DNA of 64,000 bases from Octopus vulgaris (lineage: Eukaryota): NCBI GenBank assembly GCA_951406725.2, contig OX597817.1, positions 166,594,001 to 166,658,000 of the forward strand, in the 5' to 3' direction. The notes under the pieces were generated by a model that did not search any database, was not told the DNA's origin, and saw nothing but the letters and a program-made list of their open reading frames with translations. A program made the position numbers and the translations under genes. Positions 30,561-45,496 of this stretch are shown here, piece by piece. The stretch's first letter is position 1; each line of letters opens with the position of its first letter.

Positions 30561-31520
30561 ATTGCACTTTCTTTATTAAGTATTTACAAAAAGATTCAAA
30601 CTTATACACTATGATGGAATACAATGTGAGGTTACAGAAAATGCGTTTAATCAGTAAAATAACAGAAACAAAGGTACAAAAATTTTAAACAAGAAATATT
30701 TCGCTAAAATTGGTAAGACTTTCGACAAAACTACGCTCATCATTATTACTAAGACAAGGACCCATTCCATATCTTTCTTCAGTAAACAGAGACATGCTCA
30801 GGGCATGCCCTTCAAACGGATATTCTTGCCGCTCACATCGACCTTTCAACAAATTTGTTGGAAGGTAGTACCTTCACCTTCCTTTACAAATCAGACTTGA
30901 AAATTTGATGTGGGCTTGGAAGGTATCTGTCTTTAGCCCTTTCAGTCTCATCCACTACACAACTTATTTCACCAAGATAAAAGGTCACATAACAATATTT
31001 ACAATTAATTCAGCTGATAGCTGGTTCCGTCATACATGCGACAGTAGGTATTCGGCACAACTCCGTCTATAAGCATTACTCGGGCACTGGACGTGAACGT
31101 GCAGAATAGTTTCATAGCTCTTCACATCGCGGACAGATCCGGTTGTTCTGCGTCTATCGGAGCGTAAATTGCTACCGGCCTCAAGACACATTCATTGCTA
31201 CCACTGTTCACATCCAGGGTCACAAAATTATTTTCTTGTTCCAATAATATGATTCGGATTCTGAGATCTAGACCCTTCGGAAACACCAGAGTTGTTCTTA
31301 TTCCCGATACTGGTCGACTTGTAGATAAGTAGACGGCGTAGCCACCGAAAAAAGGCACAACGACTCGTGGATGAGAAATTCTGGTCTTGTTGATTACCAC
31401 AACATCTAATTCAATAATAACAACATTAACAGCTAAATGAATAGCTTCAAGAACAATGAAATGCCAATCAAATAAGCTCGCTAGAAGAAGCTCGCACAAG
31501 CAGATGCAGCAAATCGTGCA
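30560..31520 (-). mobile_element. Internally deleted Tx1/L1-clade LINE: APE N-terminus joined to the C-terminal zinc knuckle
   Basis: LDVVVINKTRI..GYAVYLS..LDLRIR..VTLDV..RPVAIYAP (APE-like) is followed near 31140 by CPRC..ETILHVHVQCPS and sequence homologous to 29678-30050. Confidence 0.65.
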
Positions 31521-31751
31521 TTTCTTTTGTGCATTTCCTTCACCAATGAAAAGCAACAGTGCAGTGAGAACGGTTTTAATAACAACTGGTCTAGCAGAAG
31601 CAGTGAAACACACCAAAAATGTATTTCTTTTGCCTAGGTAGTTCGTGTTTGTTTCATAAGCATGAACGTTTAAATAAGGCGTAGAAACACATCAACAGAC
31701 TAGAACAGAGAAAAGTTACGCTCGATATACTGCAACACCCTTTAGACCAAA

Positions 31752-32141
31752 TACTCTTTTACTTGTTTCAGTCATTTGACTGTGGCCATGCTGGAGCACC
31801 ACTTTTAGTCGAGCAAATCGATCCCAGGACTTATTCTTTGTAAGCCTAGTACTTATTCTATCGGACTCTTTAGCCGAACCGCTAAGTTACGGGGTCGTAA
31901 ACATACCAGCATCGGTTGTCAAGCGATGTTGGTGGGGACAAACACAGACACACACATACATATATATATATACATATATACGACGGGCTTCTTTCAATTT
32001 CCGTCTATCAAATCCACTCACAAGGCTTTGGTCGGCCCGAGGCTATAGTTGAAGACACCTGCCCAAGGTGCCACGGAGTGGGATTGAACCAGGAAACATG
32101 TGGTTCGTAAGCACACTTCTTACCACACAGCCACTCCTACG
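31752..32141 (-). mobile_element. tRNA-derived SINE, family A
   Basis: Homology to 5667 and 40378. Confidence 0.88.
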
Positions 32142-32631
32142 TAAATAATTTTGTATTGATACTTAACGATGAAAATTCAAAAATTAGAGTGTATACGTGT
32201 AGACTAAGCTGAAAACTGTTTATGAAATGTATCGTAAGATACGGACTATGTGCGACATACCTATCAGTTCGGACACATCTGAAATATTTTCCATATCAAG
32301 GCTTTCTGTTCCCAACATCAAGAGAAACGACAACTGATAGACGGTCTCCACTATGGTCTTATGGTTGGTTCGATTGAAAAGTATAAACTTATGGTCCATG
32401 AGGATTAGACATGAAAGGGAGAGAGCTGAAAAAGAGAGGAAAGAAGAGAGGGAGAGAGACAAAGACAGAGAGAGAGGTAGACAGACAGACAGACAGAGAT
32501 AGAGAGAGAATGGCAAGGATTGGGGAAGAGGATTAATTTGTTCGGGAGTAATGTAAGAAAAGGATAGATGTAAAAAAATGCGTGTATGTGTTTGTATGTG
32601 CGAGTGTATGAGTGTATATATATATATATAT

Positions 32632-32666
32632 ACGAAGGACAACGATCCTGAAACACGTGTCCCTAG
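32632..32666 (+). ncRNA. 5'-truncated hammerhead ribozyme relic
   Basis: (TA)n-CGA-AGGA-CAACGA-TCCT-GAAAC-ACGT-GTC. Stem II, the GAAAC core, palindromic stem III ACACGTGT and the GTC site are present; CTGA and the stem I 5' strand are missing. Confidence 0.55.
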
Positions 32667-32831
32667 ATGCAGTTCCGGCAGCCGGGGGTGTTTGTCTCCC
32701 CTTCGTAAATGTATATAAGGACACAGGGAAAATGTGTCAAAGCCAACAGGAGGCGTTCGATGCTTCCTAGGGCTATACAGCGGTGGTGTACCCCCTACTG
32801 TCACGTTCTTGTTAGATTGACAGTATACAAC

Positions 32832-32881
<50 letters not shown>

Positions 32882-33340
32882 GTATGTATATATGTATGTA
32901 TGTGTGTGTATATACATGAATGTATCTGTGCTGCGTGGTGTGTGTATGCGTGTACGTGTGTGCGTGTGTAGTAGTTGTATATAGATATATTCGTATATAA
33001 TTGGTGTAGTGTTAAAAATAGAAGAAAATAAGAGGAAAAAAAGTGTTTCCAGAGTGATACAGACATGTAGAAATGTATTTAAATTGGTGTTTCTATTCAC
33101 ATAAATTCGTACATATTTCTTCTTAAATATATTATTATTATTATTATTATTATCATTTTTTTTTTCACGAATGTAATTAAGTGCATAGCCGAGAACATAC
33201 ACATATACTCATAGCCACACACACATATATATATATACATATATATATGTGTGTGTGTTTGTGTGTGTATGTATATGCACAACTCTGTAACGTTGTCTCT
33301 ATAGATACATATATATATATATATGTCTTACCATTTTTAT

Positions 33341-33404
<64 letters not shown>

Positions 33405-33658
33405 CGTGTGTGTGTATGTGTGTGTGTCTTTTGATGATGACGATGACAACGACAAGAGTGTGAAGTTAAAGTTCACATGTTAGCAAAGCAAGAGTGTCAG
33501 TGCTTGAAGCCTCACTTACTGCCCACCCTTGAAATGGCAAGTTTCCATTAAATTGCTTCTGTCACTTTATTACTGCTCTTTGCTCTCCACAGTTTGGAGG
33601 CGTGTTTCGTCCGCTAGACGTTTGAGGCATATCTGTGTGTGTGTGTGTGTATATATAT

Positions 33659-33886
<228 letters not shown>

Positions 33887-33891
33887 CACAA

Positions 33892-33922
<31 letters not shown>

Positions 33923-34556
33923 TATATATATAGATACATACATACATATACATATGCATACACACACACACATACATACATGTATATATATATACGTGTC
34001 TGTATATATATATATATAAATGTACGTACGTATTGCATGCACATATATATTTATATATATACGCATACACATGTGTTTGTAGGTATACATATGTGTGCAT
34101 ATACATATATATGTGTGTATGTGTGTCAGTGTGTGTGTGTGTGTGTATGTGTATATATATTTATATTTGCAAATGTATTATCATATATGCAAACGTACAG
34201 AGGCACGTACTCATATATACACATGCATAAACATATACAATGTAATGCCATCTGTCTTCTCTTTGCACGATAGTGGGTTTTATTAAACACCTTTGCTCTC
34301 TTTTGCTGTGTGGTCACCCTTATCCTACCCTTTCATTCTCTCAATCACCACATATATATATATGCAGTGTTGGATATCTAACACTAGTATTAGATAAAAC
34401 GGCAACATTGAAGCAGATCTTTCTGCATTTATGACATGTGTTTCGATAAGAAAGGCGAGACTCAGCCATCTTTGATTTTATTTATGCGTGTTGTACTTGT
34501 ATGTTGATAACAGGTGAGTGTGTGCGCGCACGCGTATGTTTGTGTGCGTGTGTGGT

Positions 34557-34609
<53 letters not shown>

Positions 34610-34735
34610 TGTGTGTGTGTGTGGGTGTGTGTGTGTTTATCTTCGGTTATAATAAAAACAACTTTACATTAATCCTAAGGGTAACTCAATACTTTTGTCA
34701 AGTACAAATTTATTATACTTTATAAAGAAGAGTAT

Positions 34736-34785
34736 TGATAGTGACTTCGAAATTTCGGTGAGCTAAGCCCTCATCAGACTGTTCG
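34736..34785 (-). ncRNA. Degenerate minimal type I hammerhead motif
   Basis: Minus strand acagt-CTGATGA-GGGCTTAGCTCACC-GAAA-TTTCGAA-GTC-actat. Stem III is one substitution away from the palindrome ACTTCGAAGT. Confidence 0.55.
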
Positions 34786-34847
34786 ATGATGACTTTGTGG
34801 GCCAAAACTTCTAAATCAAAGTCAATTTTGTTCTGGTTAAAAAATAA

Positions 34848-35149
<302 letters not shown>

Positions 35150-35167
35150 TGTGTGTGTGTGTGTGTG

Positions 35168-35955
35168 TAGGCGTGGCTGTGTCGTAAGAGGTTTGCTTCC
35201 TAAACACATTGTTCCAGGTTCAGGTCCCACTGCGTGGCACATTGACCAAGTGCCCTCTACTATTGCCTCGGACCGACCAAATCCTTGTGAAAGGAGTTAG
35301 TAGACGGAAACTGAGGAAAACCCTTTAAATTTGTGTGTGTGTGTGTGTGTGTTTGTCTCCACCATCACCGCTTTACAACCGGTATTGGTGTGTTTACATC
35401 CACCGTAACCTAGTGGTTTGACAAAAGAGACCGCTACAGTAACTACTAGGCTTAAGAATTAAGTCCTGAGGTAGATTTGATCGACTAAATCCTAGTAAGG
35501 CGGTGCTCAATCGTGACTATAATCAAATGACTGAAACAACAGAATAAAAGAGTAACAGAATATATATATAGGAGTGGCTGTGTGGTAAGTAGCTTGCTAA
35601 CGAGCCACATGGTTCCGGGTTCAGTCCCACTGCGTGGCATCTTGGGCAAGTGTCTTCTGCTATAGCCCCGGGCCGACCAATGCCTTGTGAGTAGATTTGG
35701 TAGACGGAAACTGAAAGAAGCCTGTCGTATATATGTATATATATGTGTGTGTGTTTGTCCCCCTAGCATTGCTTGACGACCGATGCTGGTGTGTTTACGT
35801 CCCCGTCACTTAGCGGTTCGGCAAAAAGAGACTGATAGAATAAGTACTGGGCTTACAAAGAATAAGTCCCGGGGTCGACTTGCTCGACTAAAGGCGGTGC
35901 TCCAGCATGGCCGCAGTCAAATGACTGAAACAAGTAAAAATAAAAGTAAAGTAAG
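35168..35955 (+). mobile_element. Two tandem family A SINEs (diverged 35168-35550; younger 35570-35955)
   Basis: Homology to 5667 and 40378. Confidence 0.85.
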
Positions 35956-36111
35956 TATATATATATATATATATATATATAAAGTACTTGACCGGTAATC
36001 AATGGGATGTGAGTTCGTGTCTCATCGCTGGTCACTGTGAAATTATCCTGTCTCTGCTGTTTTATCAGAATTTATGCATTGAAATAAATATATTGTCTTC
36101 CTATTTGAACC

Positions 36112-36147
<36 letters not shown>

Positions 36148-36365
36148 AGTTTATAGGTATGTATGTATGTATGTATGTACGTATGTATGTATGTATGTAT
36201 GTACGTATGTATGTATGTGTGTATGCATATATGAATGACATTCGCGCACACACACATACGCGAGGACTCACACATGTACCTAAGGCAGTATGTTAAATTA
36301 CCTCTGTATCATGCTTTCAATCAATCTTTCTTAATTTCATATTACGCTGTGTACTCGATTAACGC

Positions 36366-36481
<116 letters not shown>

Positions 36482-36511
36482 GTATATATATATATATACA
36501 TACATATATAT

Positions 36512-36629
<118 letters not shown>

Positions 36630-36761
36630 AATGTATGTATGTACATATACGTGTGTATATGTATATATACATTGATATGACTTAGGCTGTATACATAGGT
36701 ACATTCAGAGTTACATGTATGTGTCTTTGTGTTTGTTAGTGAGAGAGAGTAAGCGAATGAG

Positions 36762-36797
<36 letters not shown>

Positions 36798-36994
36798 TTT
36801 TCCGTGTGTGTACCTATCTAATTTATTATCATCTATCAGCCACCCTGTCCCTCTCTTCTGTATCTTGTTATCAACGTTTATATCAATCTTTAAATTTACT
36901 TGTCCACACATCACATACAAGAAATTATTACGAATCGCTTACAATGTTTCAGTACTTCTCTTCACCCTTCTCTAAAAAATTATCGTCTTTGCTA

Positions 36995-37021
36995 TCATCC
37001 TCATCATCATCCTCGTCGTCG

Positions 37022-37059
<38 letters not shown>

Positions 37060-37333
37060 GTCATCGTCATCATCAGCTTTGTCATCATCATCATCATCGT
37101 CATCATCATCATCATCATCATCATCATCGTCGTCATCAGCTTTGTCCTCTTCATCATCATCATCATCATCATAATCATCATCATCATCATCATCTTCATC
37201 ATCGTCATCGTCGTCGTCGTCATCATCATCATCATCATCATCGTCGTCATCAGCTTTGTCCTCTTCATCATCATCATCATCATCATAATCATCATCATCA
37301 TCATCATCTTCATCATCGTCATCGTCGTCGTCG

Positions 37334-37383
<50 letters not shown>

Positions 37384-37680
37384 GCTATCATCGACGTGTC
37401 GCCATCGTTGTCGTCGTCGTGAACTTCGTCATTCATTATTACTGTGTTCATCCTCATCTTCCCCCGTATTCATCTTAATCTTAGTCATCGTCGTTGTCCT
37501 CACCATCGTCGTTGTCATTCCCGTTGTCTTCGATGTCGCCATCCCCGTCGTCGTCGTCGTCGTCATCGTCATCATTACCCACGTCGTCTTTCACCGGCTC
37601 TTCTTTCTTACCCAACTCCCTATCCTCATCCCATTGTGGTGGTCGTCGTCATTAATCATCGTCATCAGCATCAACATCAG

Positions 37681-37732
<52 letters not shown>

Positions 37733-37812
37733 GTCTTCGTCGTCGTCGTCGTCACCCTCCTCGTCCTCCTCATCATCATCATCATCCTCATCCTCCTCAT
37801 CATCATCATCTA
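36995..37812. repeat. (CAT)n/(CGT)n trinucleotide region with a 114-bp internal tandem duplication
   Basis: CAGCTTTGTCCTCTTCATC occurs at 37137 and 37251. Confidence 0.9.
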
Positions 37813-37921
37813 TGAGGATGCATCCCATCTTAAGCGACAACCATTTGTCTACAGTTTCCTCTGCCCTGCAGCAACAATTTGATACTTTACAACTCTTAAA
37901 CCGAACCAAACACAGAAGTAT

Positions 37922-38157
37922 CTTATTTCTTTACTCCCCACAAGGGGCTACACACAGAGGGGACAAACAAGGACAGACACACGGATTAAACCGATTAAAT
38001 CGACCCCGGTGCGTAACTGGTACTTATTTAATCGACGCCGAAAGGATGAAAGGCAAAGTCGACCTCGGCGGAATTTGAACTCAGAACGTAGCGGCAGACG
38101 AAATACCGCTCAGCATTTCGCCCGTCGTGCTAACGTTTCTGCCAGCTCGCCGCCTTA
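37922..38157 (-). mobile_element. tRNA-derived SINE, family B
   Basis: Reverse complement of 12083-12315. Confidence 0.88.
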
Positions 38158-38758
38158 AAACAAAGAAGTATCTACGTGGTTCTCGGCCTCCAAAAATAAC
38201 AACCAAATCTTCATTAAATCACGCCTTATTGTCTTAACCAGCGATGCTTTGTCTGAAAATTCAACGTGATGGTCATCGGTAGAACGTCGTTGATTACATT
38301 ACTGCTCGGTTAGATTTACCTAGGGCTAAACAACGGCTCCTTCTTGTTGCTAACCTGCCACCGATTCGAGTTTCAATATCTCTGTCAAAATTCAATAAAA
38401 AATATTGATTCTACTAAAGAATAGCGTAGTGATCGAAATTGCATTTTCCAACGCCAGTTCTTGTGTGGTACGCTTTGACAGTTGAAGATATCCTATGTGC
38501 AACGCGACCACACTGACCTAAAAGTACTTGTTAGTCGGTTTTAAACCTTGATTCGGACTTCTGTGTACTTTACAAATACCTTCTCCATGTAAAATTTCGA
38601 AATTCGTTAAGCCAACTGTTTTTCTATGTATAAGAACATAATTCTCTAAGCGATAATGTGCAGTGTCTATCGTTCATGAAATTTTTCACATCACTAGTTG
38701 TCCTTCGTTTACATCGATTGTGTCCACTTAACCAGCTTTTAAAATTGTCTTTTAATAA

Positions 38759-38804
<46 letters not shown>

Positions 38805-38805
<1 letters not shown>

Positions 38806-39130
38806 GGCTCAGTGGTTAGAGCGTCGAGCTTACGATCGTGAGGTTGTGAGCTCGAATCCCGGACCGGGCTGCGTGTTGTGTTCTTGAGCAAGACACTTTA
38901 TTTCACGTTGCTCCAGTTCACTCAGCTGTAGAAATGAGTTGCGACGTCACAGGTGCCAAGCTGTATCGACCTTTGTCTTTCCCTTGGATAACACTGGTGG
39001 CGTGGAGAGGGGAGGCCGGTATGCATGGGCGACTACTGGTCTTCCATAAAACAACCTTGCCCAGACTTGTGCCTCAGAGGGTAACTCTCTAGGTGCAAAC
39101 CCATGGTCACTCATGACCGAAGGGGGTCTT
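38805..39130 (+). mobile_element. tRNA-derived SINE, family C, within (TTA)n
   Basis: TGGCTCAGTGGTTAGAGC...GCTCGAATCCC head and GTGTTCTTGAGCAAGACACT core. A homologue lies at 52490-52780. Confidence 0.85.
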
Positions 39131-39139
39131 ATAAATAAA

Positions 39140-39205
<66 letters not shown>

Positions 39206-39700
39206 GTTGTTGTTGTTGTTTAATCCAGTTAAATACTGATTAAGCAGATTAGATCCCAATATATTCCATCACTGACCATCCTAGGACCACATAATCCAGT
39301 TTATCTTTCTATTCTTAATGTGATGACAGGAGAGATTTTGTTTCTATTTTTTGACCGCTTGGTCTCCCTCGTTTATTCATCTATCTCAAGTCATCATAGA
39401 TAACAACTGCAATTTACAGTTTCTCATGGCTCTACCGATCCTCTTGTTGAAGCAACCAAACTGTATTTATTCTGCATTGTTTGCAGTAGTACTCAAGGAT
39501 ACCGAAACCTTTCATCAGCATACTGGCTTTCCAAAAGCGCTGAGCTTCTTTATTACCTTCCGTCTCAATCTTTTCGACTGGATCAAATTTTCAAACTTCC
39601 CAAGAGAACTCTCTGGTCTCGTCATTTAACGGTCTGTTATGCAGTTATTCCCGAGTACACTTACCAACATTTCCTGAACCAAGATGGATGTATAGCGTTA

Positions 39701-40139
39701 TCTCTCTATATATAAACGGCAGTTTGTCTGTCTGTGTGTCTGTGTGTCTGTCAGGTTGTACCTTCACCCTGACCACGGCTTTCAACCGATTCTGATGAAA
39801 CTTGACACACATATAGCCCAATGTCATAATTCAAAACTGACGCAGCGAAAATTTTGAAAAGTTCCCCCAGTTCTGAAAAAATCGATAAATTCGACATGGG
39901 GTCGAGAATCTAAGCTTTTTATATGCAACACATTTTCTGTCTAGTGGACACAACTCGACCTTTTTATCGCCCAAAGGGACAGCTAGGAACATCCTATACA
40001 CAGAAGTATTCGAGTGAAGAGAAGACATTGCAACCTACACATGCACCTTCGTTCCCTAGAGAGAAACGACCCGATTGGGATTAGCGGTTGCCTACTAGGG
40101 GCTCTTACATACCCGGGCAATGCCGGACTATGCTGCTAG
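39701..40139 (+). mobile_element. Non-autonomous Helitron, family H2
   Basis: A|TCTCTCTATATATAAAC ... CCCGGGCAATGCCGG..CTAG|T. Confidence 0.82.
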
Positions 40140-40377
40140 TTAAAAATAAACTCACTAAAACTGTGGATCCCTTATTTTACTTCCACACACACACAAAACT
40201 ACATTCCTTCAAAATTCTCTTTCTTCCCTGTACCTATCTCTCTAACATATGAGTACACTCTAAGCCTCCAAAACGTCTTTGATCACTGTAACAAAGTCAC
40301 TGGTTCAATTAACGCCATCCAGCATACACCAAAAATCTTTTATCTAATTCTCATTATCTATTATTTCTCATACTGAA

Positions 40378-40800
40378 GGCGCAGGAGTGGCTGTGTGGTA
40401 AGTAGCTTGCTTACCAACCATATGGTTCCGGGTTCAGTCCCACTCCGTGATACCTTGGCCAAGTGTTTTCTACTATAGCCTCGGGCCGACCAAAGCCTTG
40501 TGAGCGAATTTGGTAGACGGAAACTGAAAGAAGCCCGTCGTATATATGTATATGTATATATATGTATATATATATATATATGTGTGTGTGTGTCTGTGTC
40601 TGTGTTTGTCCCCCAACATCGCTTGACAACCGATGCTGGTGTGTTTACGTCTCCGTAACTTAGCGGTTCGGCAAAAGAGACCGATAGAATAGGTACTAGG
40701 CTTCCAAAGAATAAGTCCTGGGGTCGATTTGCTCGACTAAAGGCGGAGCTCCAGCATGGCCGCAGTCAAATGACTGAAACAAGTAAAAGAGTAAAAGAGT
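40378..40800 (+). mobile_element. tRNA-derived SINE, family A
   Basis: Full-length copy from GGCGCAGGAGTGGCTGTGTGG to AAGAGTAAAAGAGT. Confidence 0.9.
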
Positions 40801-40849
40801 ATTACAGGATTTGGGACACAAACACAGACACACAAACATATACACGCTC

Positions 40850-40911
<62 letters not shown>

Positions 40912-41368
40912 CAGTTGTCAAGCGGTGGTGGGCACACGAACAGATACACACACACACACGGATATATCGGATGGCCTTACAGTTTCCATCTACCTTATTT
41001 ACTCACGAGGCTTTGGTCGGTCAAAAAAAAATAGTAGAAAACACGAGGTTGCAAAACGTGCATCTTTACGACTCAGTCATGTTTGCGCCGATAGACTTGT
41101 TTTTGAAAGTAAGTGAAACAGAATGTGTTCAGGAGATTTAATTTTGTACGTTATCTGAGGAAGCTTCGACCAGAAATATAAACAAAATTTCGATTGTCTT
41201 AATATGAAAACGAATTTAGAATAGTAACAGAATATATTTACTTTGAAGAGTTATCTTTCTTGAATTACTGAGGATACAGGGGAAACAACTCTTTAAGTTT
41301 TAGTTATTTTTTAAACTAGTGTTCTCTCCCCTGAAGCATACACACGAAGCCGATTAACACCTCTAGAG

Positions 41369-42165
41369 CAGTGCTACTCAAAGTGGTGGTCCCGGATCGG
41401 TGGCGGTCCGCGAGCCATCAGCTGCCTGTATGCGACCAGTTTCCAGAAAAGAAAGAAACATTAGAAAATGCTTATAAAATTGTTATGAAATATTTGTTTA
41501 CGAAATAAATATAAGCTAGAAAAAAATGGTCAAACTTTTATTATATTCATTACTAGCAGTATCGCCCGGCGTTGCTCGGGTTTGTAAGGGAAATAACTAT
41601 ATAAGCATTTTAGAGAGTTACTTCCCTTATAGATGCCAATTTGGGCTTTCTTAGCCATTTCTGTTTTGTTGTCTTCAAGCCATGAAGTCGTTGTTCTAAA
41701 AGAACGCTGGTCTCCTTGACAACGCTTTACGACGTTGATTTCTTTACACTCCCTTCCCCACAGCTTCACGAGGGAGGGAAGGGGGAGAAGCAAACAGGTG
41801 CAGCTGTGAGCGTGGACGCCAACTCCGCCGCCATCGACACACGATGCATTTTATGCATTAAAATGGAATAAAAAATGATGTTAAATTATTTTAAAATCGT
41901 AGACTCATCGTAGACGCGCGCTAATACTCAGACGGGCTCGATATGAATCACGACTATAAGATACTCGAATTTGGTTAAACTGCACCGCAAAATGTGAGAG
42001 GAGTTAGGAATCTAAATCGAAGGGGACAGACACTCACACAACTAGAGTTTTATATATATAGATATATATTGTGTCCGGTATAAATTAATATTACTAAGAA
42101 ATATTACTGGCCCTTGGAATAGTGGAAAAAAACTGCTGATACACCACTTAGTTTGAGAAGCACTG
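41369..42165. mobile_element. hAT (Charlie-like) MITE with 8-bp TSD, interrupted by a Helitron
   Basis: TSD CTCTAGAG at 41361-41368 and 42166-42173. TIRs CAGTGCTACTCAAA / TTTGAGAAGCACTG. Confidence 0.9.
41553..42062 (-). mobile_element. Non-autonomous Helitron H1 nested in the hAT MITE
   Basis: Plus strand A|CTAGCAGTATCGCCCGGCGTTGCTCGGG ... ATATAGA|T, an AT target with no TSD. Confidence 0.88.
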
Positions 42166-42594
42166 CTCTAGAGAACCTACCCACAAAAACAATGATTTTT
42201 TTTTGTTCATATGTTGTTTTATTCAATTGTTGTTGTTCATATGGGCATAACCGTAATTATTTTGCGCAAGAAATGTATAGCTGATTTAAGCAAAAGTATA
42301 AACTTCATTAGAACTTATCAGTCTTGAATGATAAGAGTATTTGCACTCAGAATATAGAACAAAACCAAATGCTCAGCGCCAACCCCAACTTCTGTTATTA
42401 TTATTATTATCATAGTGTGGAGAAGTGAATGGTATTTTAGCTTATTATCGTGTATGATTAAAGCTATTCTACGTATTACAGTAATTTATGTTGTGTGGTA
42501 GTGTAATGTCGTTTATTATACTGTTGTGAATTACATTGCATTTCAGTAAACTCTTAATCTACTCTAGTATATGTGTGTGTATGTTTGTGTTCCC

Positions 42595-42850
42595 CCTCGA
42601 GCCATGCTTGGCTCATAAAGGCCGGTTTCCCCACCTGGACGGGACGCCGGTCCGTCGCAGGTGAGCTGCAAGATGCAGGAGGAAAGAGTGAGAGAAAATT
42701 GTGGCGAAAGAGTCAGAAGAAGTTCGCCATTACCTTCTGCTGAAGCTGCGTGGAGCTGAGGTGTTTCGCTCATAAACACACACACCACCCTGTCTAAGAT
42801 TCGAACTGCTCTAACGTATCTGCTGCTCTAACTACTAGGCTATGTGCCTC
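42595..42850 (-). mobile_element. Diverged family D-related SINE
   Basis: Homology to 50975-51275. Confidence 0.65.
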
Positions 42851-42859
42851 CCTACTCTA

Positions 42860-43500
42860 GTATATTGTAGTGTAATACCATTTGTTGAAACGCAGTATAT
42901 TACAGTGTATTATGGTATTCTCAAATGTGTGTAATGTGATGTCGTTTGCTGCAATGTAAGTGTATTACACCATGTTCCATTGTATTACAGTATATTGAAG
43001 TGTATTTTAGCGGACTGTAGAGAAATACTGTTTGTTGTAATGTAATGTATAACAGGGTATTACAACTTATACGTAGCGTACTCTAGCATACTGTAGCGCA
43101 ATATCTTTAATTGTAATGTAGTGTATTACAGCGTAGTACAGTATATTATAGTGCAATCTACTATAATGAAGTGCAAAACCGTTAACTGTTATGTACTATG
43201 TTACACTGTTCACGCTTGTATTGTATCGTTGGTCTGTTTGTTATTCTGTAGTGTATTACAGTGTATTACAGTATATAACAAAATATTATAGTTTAATCTA
43301 GTGTACAAGTATTGTAATATCGTTTATTATAATGTTGTGTATTACAGTGTATTGTATAGCAGTGAAGTATACCGTACTGTAATACATTTCTAGGAATTCT
43401 CGGAATACAGGGTAATAAGGTACTAAAGTATTGCAGAGTATCATCGCGAAGTCGAGAGTAATGTTCTGTCCTTAGTTTCCTGTGTAATACTGTAGTGTAT
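42860..43500. repeat. Highly decayed pentamer-type repeat (TGTAA/TGTAT/TACAG variants)
   Basis: Recurring GTGTATTACA units. Confidence 0.6.
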
Positions 43501-43936
43501 GGCACTTTTGTCGTGCCACCAGTAATATCGAGGTCGCCATGAAGTTGGCAGCCCTACAACCCCAGAGTGAGGCGTGGGCATCAGTTTCTTGCTAGGGGGT
43601 AACCATCTTATGTATACGTGATATTGTCAAGTATTAAATTTTGAACTAAAAACGTATCGCTAGTAAGTTTCTATTGTTACAGAGGTAAACTGGGGACGCG
43701 AAAAATATTTGTAAGGTCTTGAAACATTTTGCCGTACTCGTTTGGCATCACCTATTTGGTGCCGCCTATTTGGCGCCACCTATTTGGCGCAAACTATTTG
43801 GTGCCATCTGTTTCGCGTCACTGATTCGATACTAATTTATTTGACATCAGACTTTTTAATATTTCTCTTGTTATCTCCCTCCTTACTTCTCTCCACCCCC
43901 TCTCTCTCTCTCTCTCTCTCTCGTTTCCTCCAAGTA

Positions 43937-44017
<81 letters not shown>

Positions 44018-44105
44018 GCATATCCACCTATCTACCTCTCTGTCTCTCACATACACTGTCTCTCTTCTCCCCTTCTCTCTCCCTCTATCTCTCTCCCTTT
44101 CTCAA

Positions 44106-44685
<580 letters not shown>

Positions 44686-45463
44686 TTTATATTGTGTTAT
44701 CATAGGTATCTTTATGAGTTTAAGGAGAGCAAAAGTGTTTATGTCAATAATATTGTTCAATTAATAATTGTAATCTCTTTATCCTTCACTCTAGCTGTAT
44801 GTATGTTTTTCTGTGTGTTCATGCATAGGCGCGTGTGTGTTTTCCTCTAGCACCAAGACACTCTCTTCGGTTCGTTCTACAGTGTAACCTCTGTTGTTTA
44901 CTTTCATCACAGAATCCGTTTACTCATCGAGATTACATGAATGCTCGTTTCTTTCATTCATACATGTTGCATGGTCGGGTCGTCGGCGACTAAACTGTAA
45001 ACACCATCAAGCGTACTTGGTGAGGAGGAGGAGGGTAATTACTGGACACCCTGCAGGACGAAAAATAAGACCCATCAAAGGGCAGAAGAGGTCATGAGAA
45101 GTCAGCAGCCATCGAACGATATGTGTAAGTGTGTATGTATCGGCGGGGAAGTGGAAATACCTGGGTTGGTGTCCAGGGTCGCGGTTTGCCCACTTGGAGT
45201 GCGAAAGCCCTCGGTTGTTATCTTGGAGAGGGGAAACTCTGAGAGAATACCTGCGACACTGATAATATTCGATGACGTAGACTAGATCTTCCTTTTCAAT
45301 TTATGTTGTCTCCCTTCTTCACCATAAAATATCATCTTGCAAGGGCATCACTTAAAAAAAAACAGTAAGGCCCATCACAAAAATGTTTGGTCGCAGCCTT
45401 CGTGTGTGTGGGACCTTCAATCAGTCGATGGCAACACCCAAACACGAGCTTGCAGCCATTATT

Positions 45464-45496
<33 letters not shown>

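Noticed and set aside
36900-37815. His-rich, Ser-rich and Met-rich ORFs
   Set aside because: (CAT)n is open in several frames, and there is no supporting splice or domain evidence.
38805-38865. tRNA-like sequences at SINE heads (also about 15845-15914)
   Set aside because: They continue into SINE bodies and lack a proper acceptor stem, so they are not tRNA genes.
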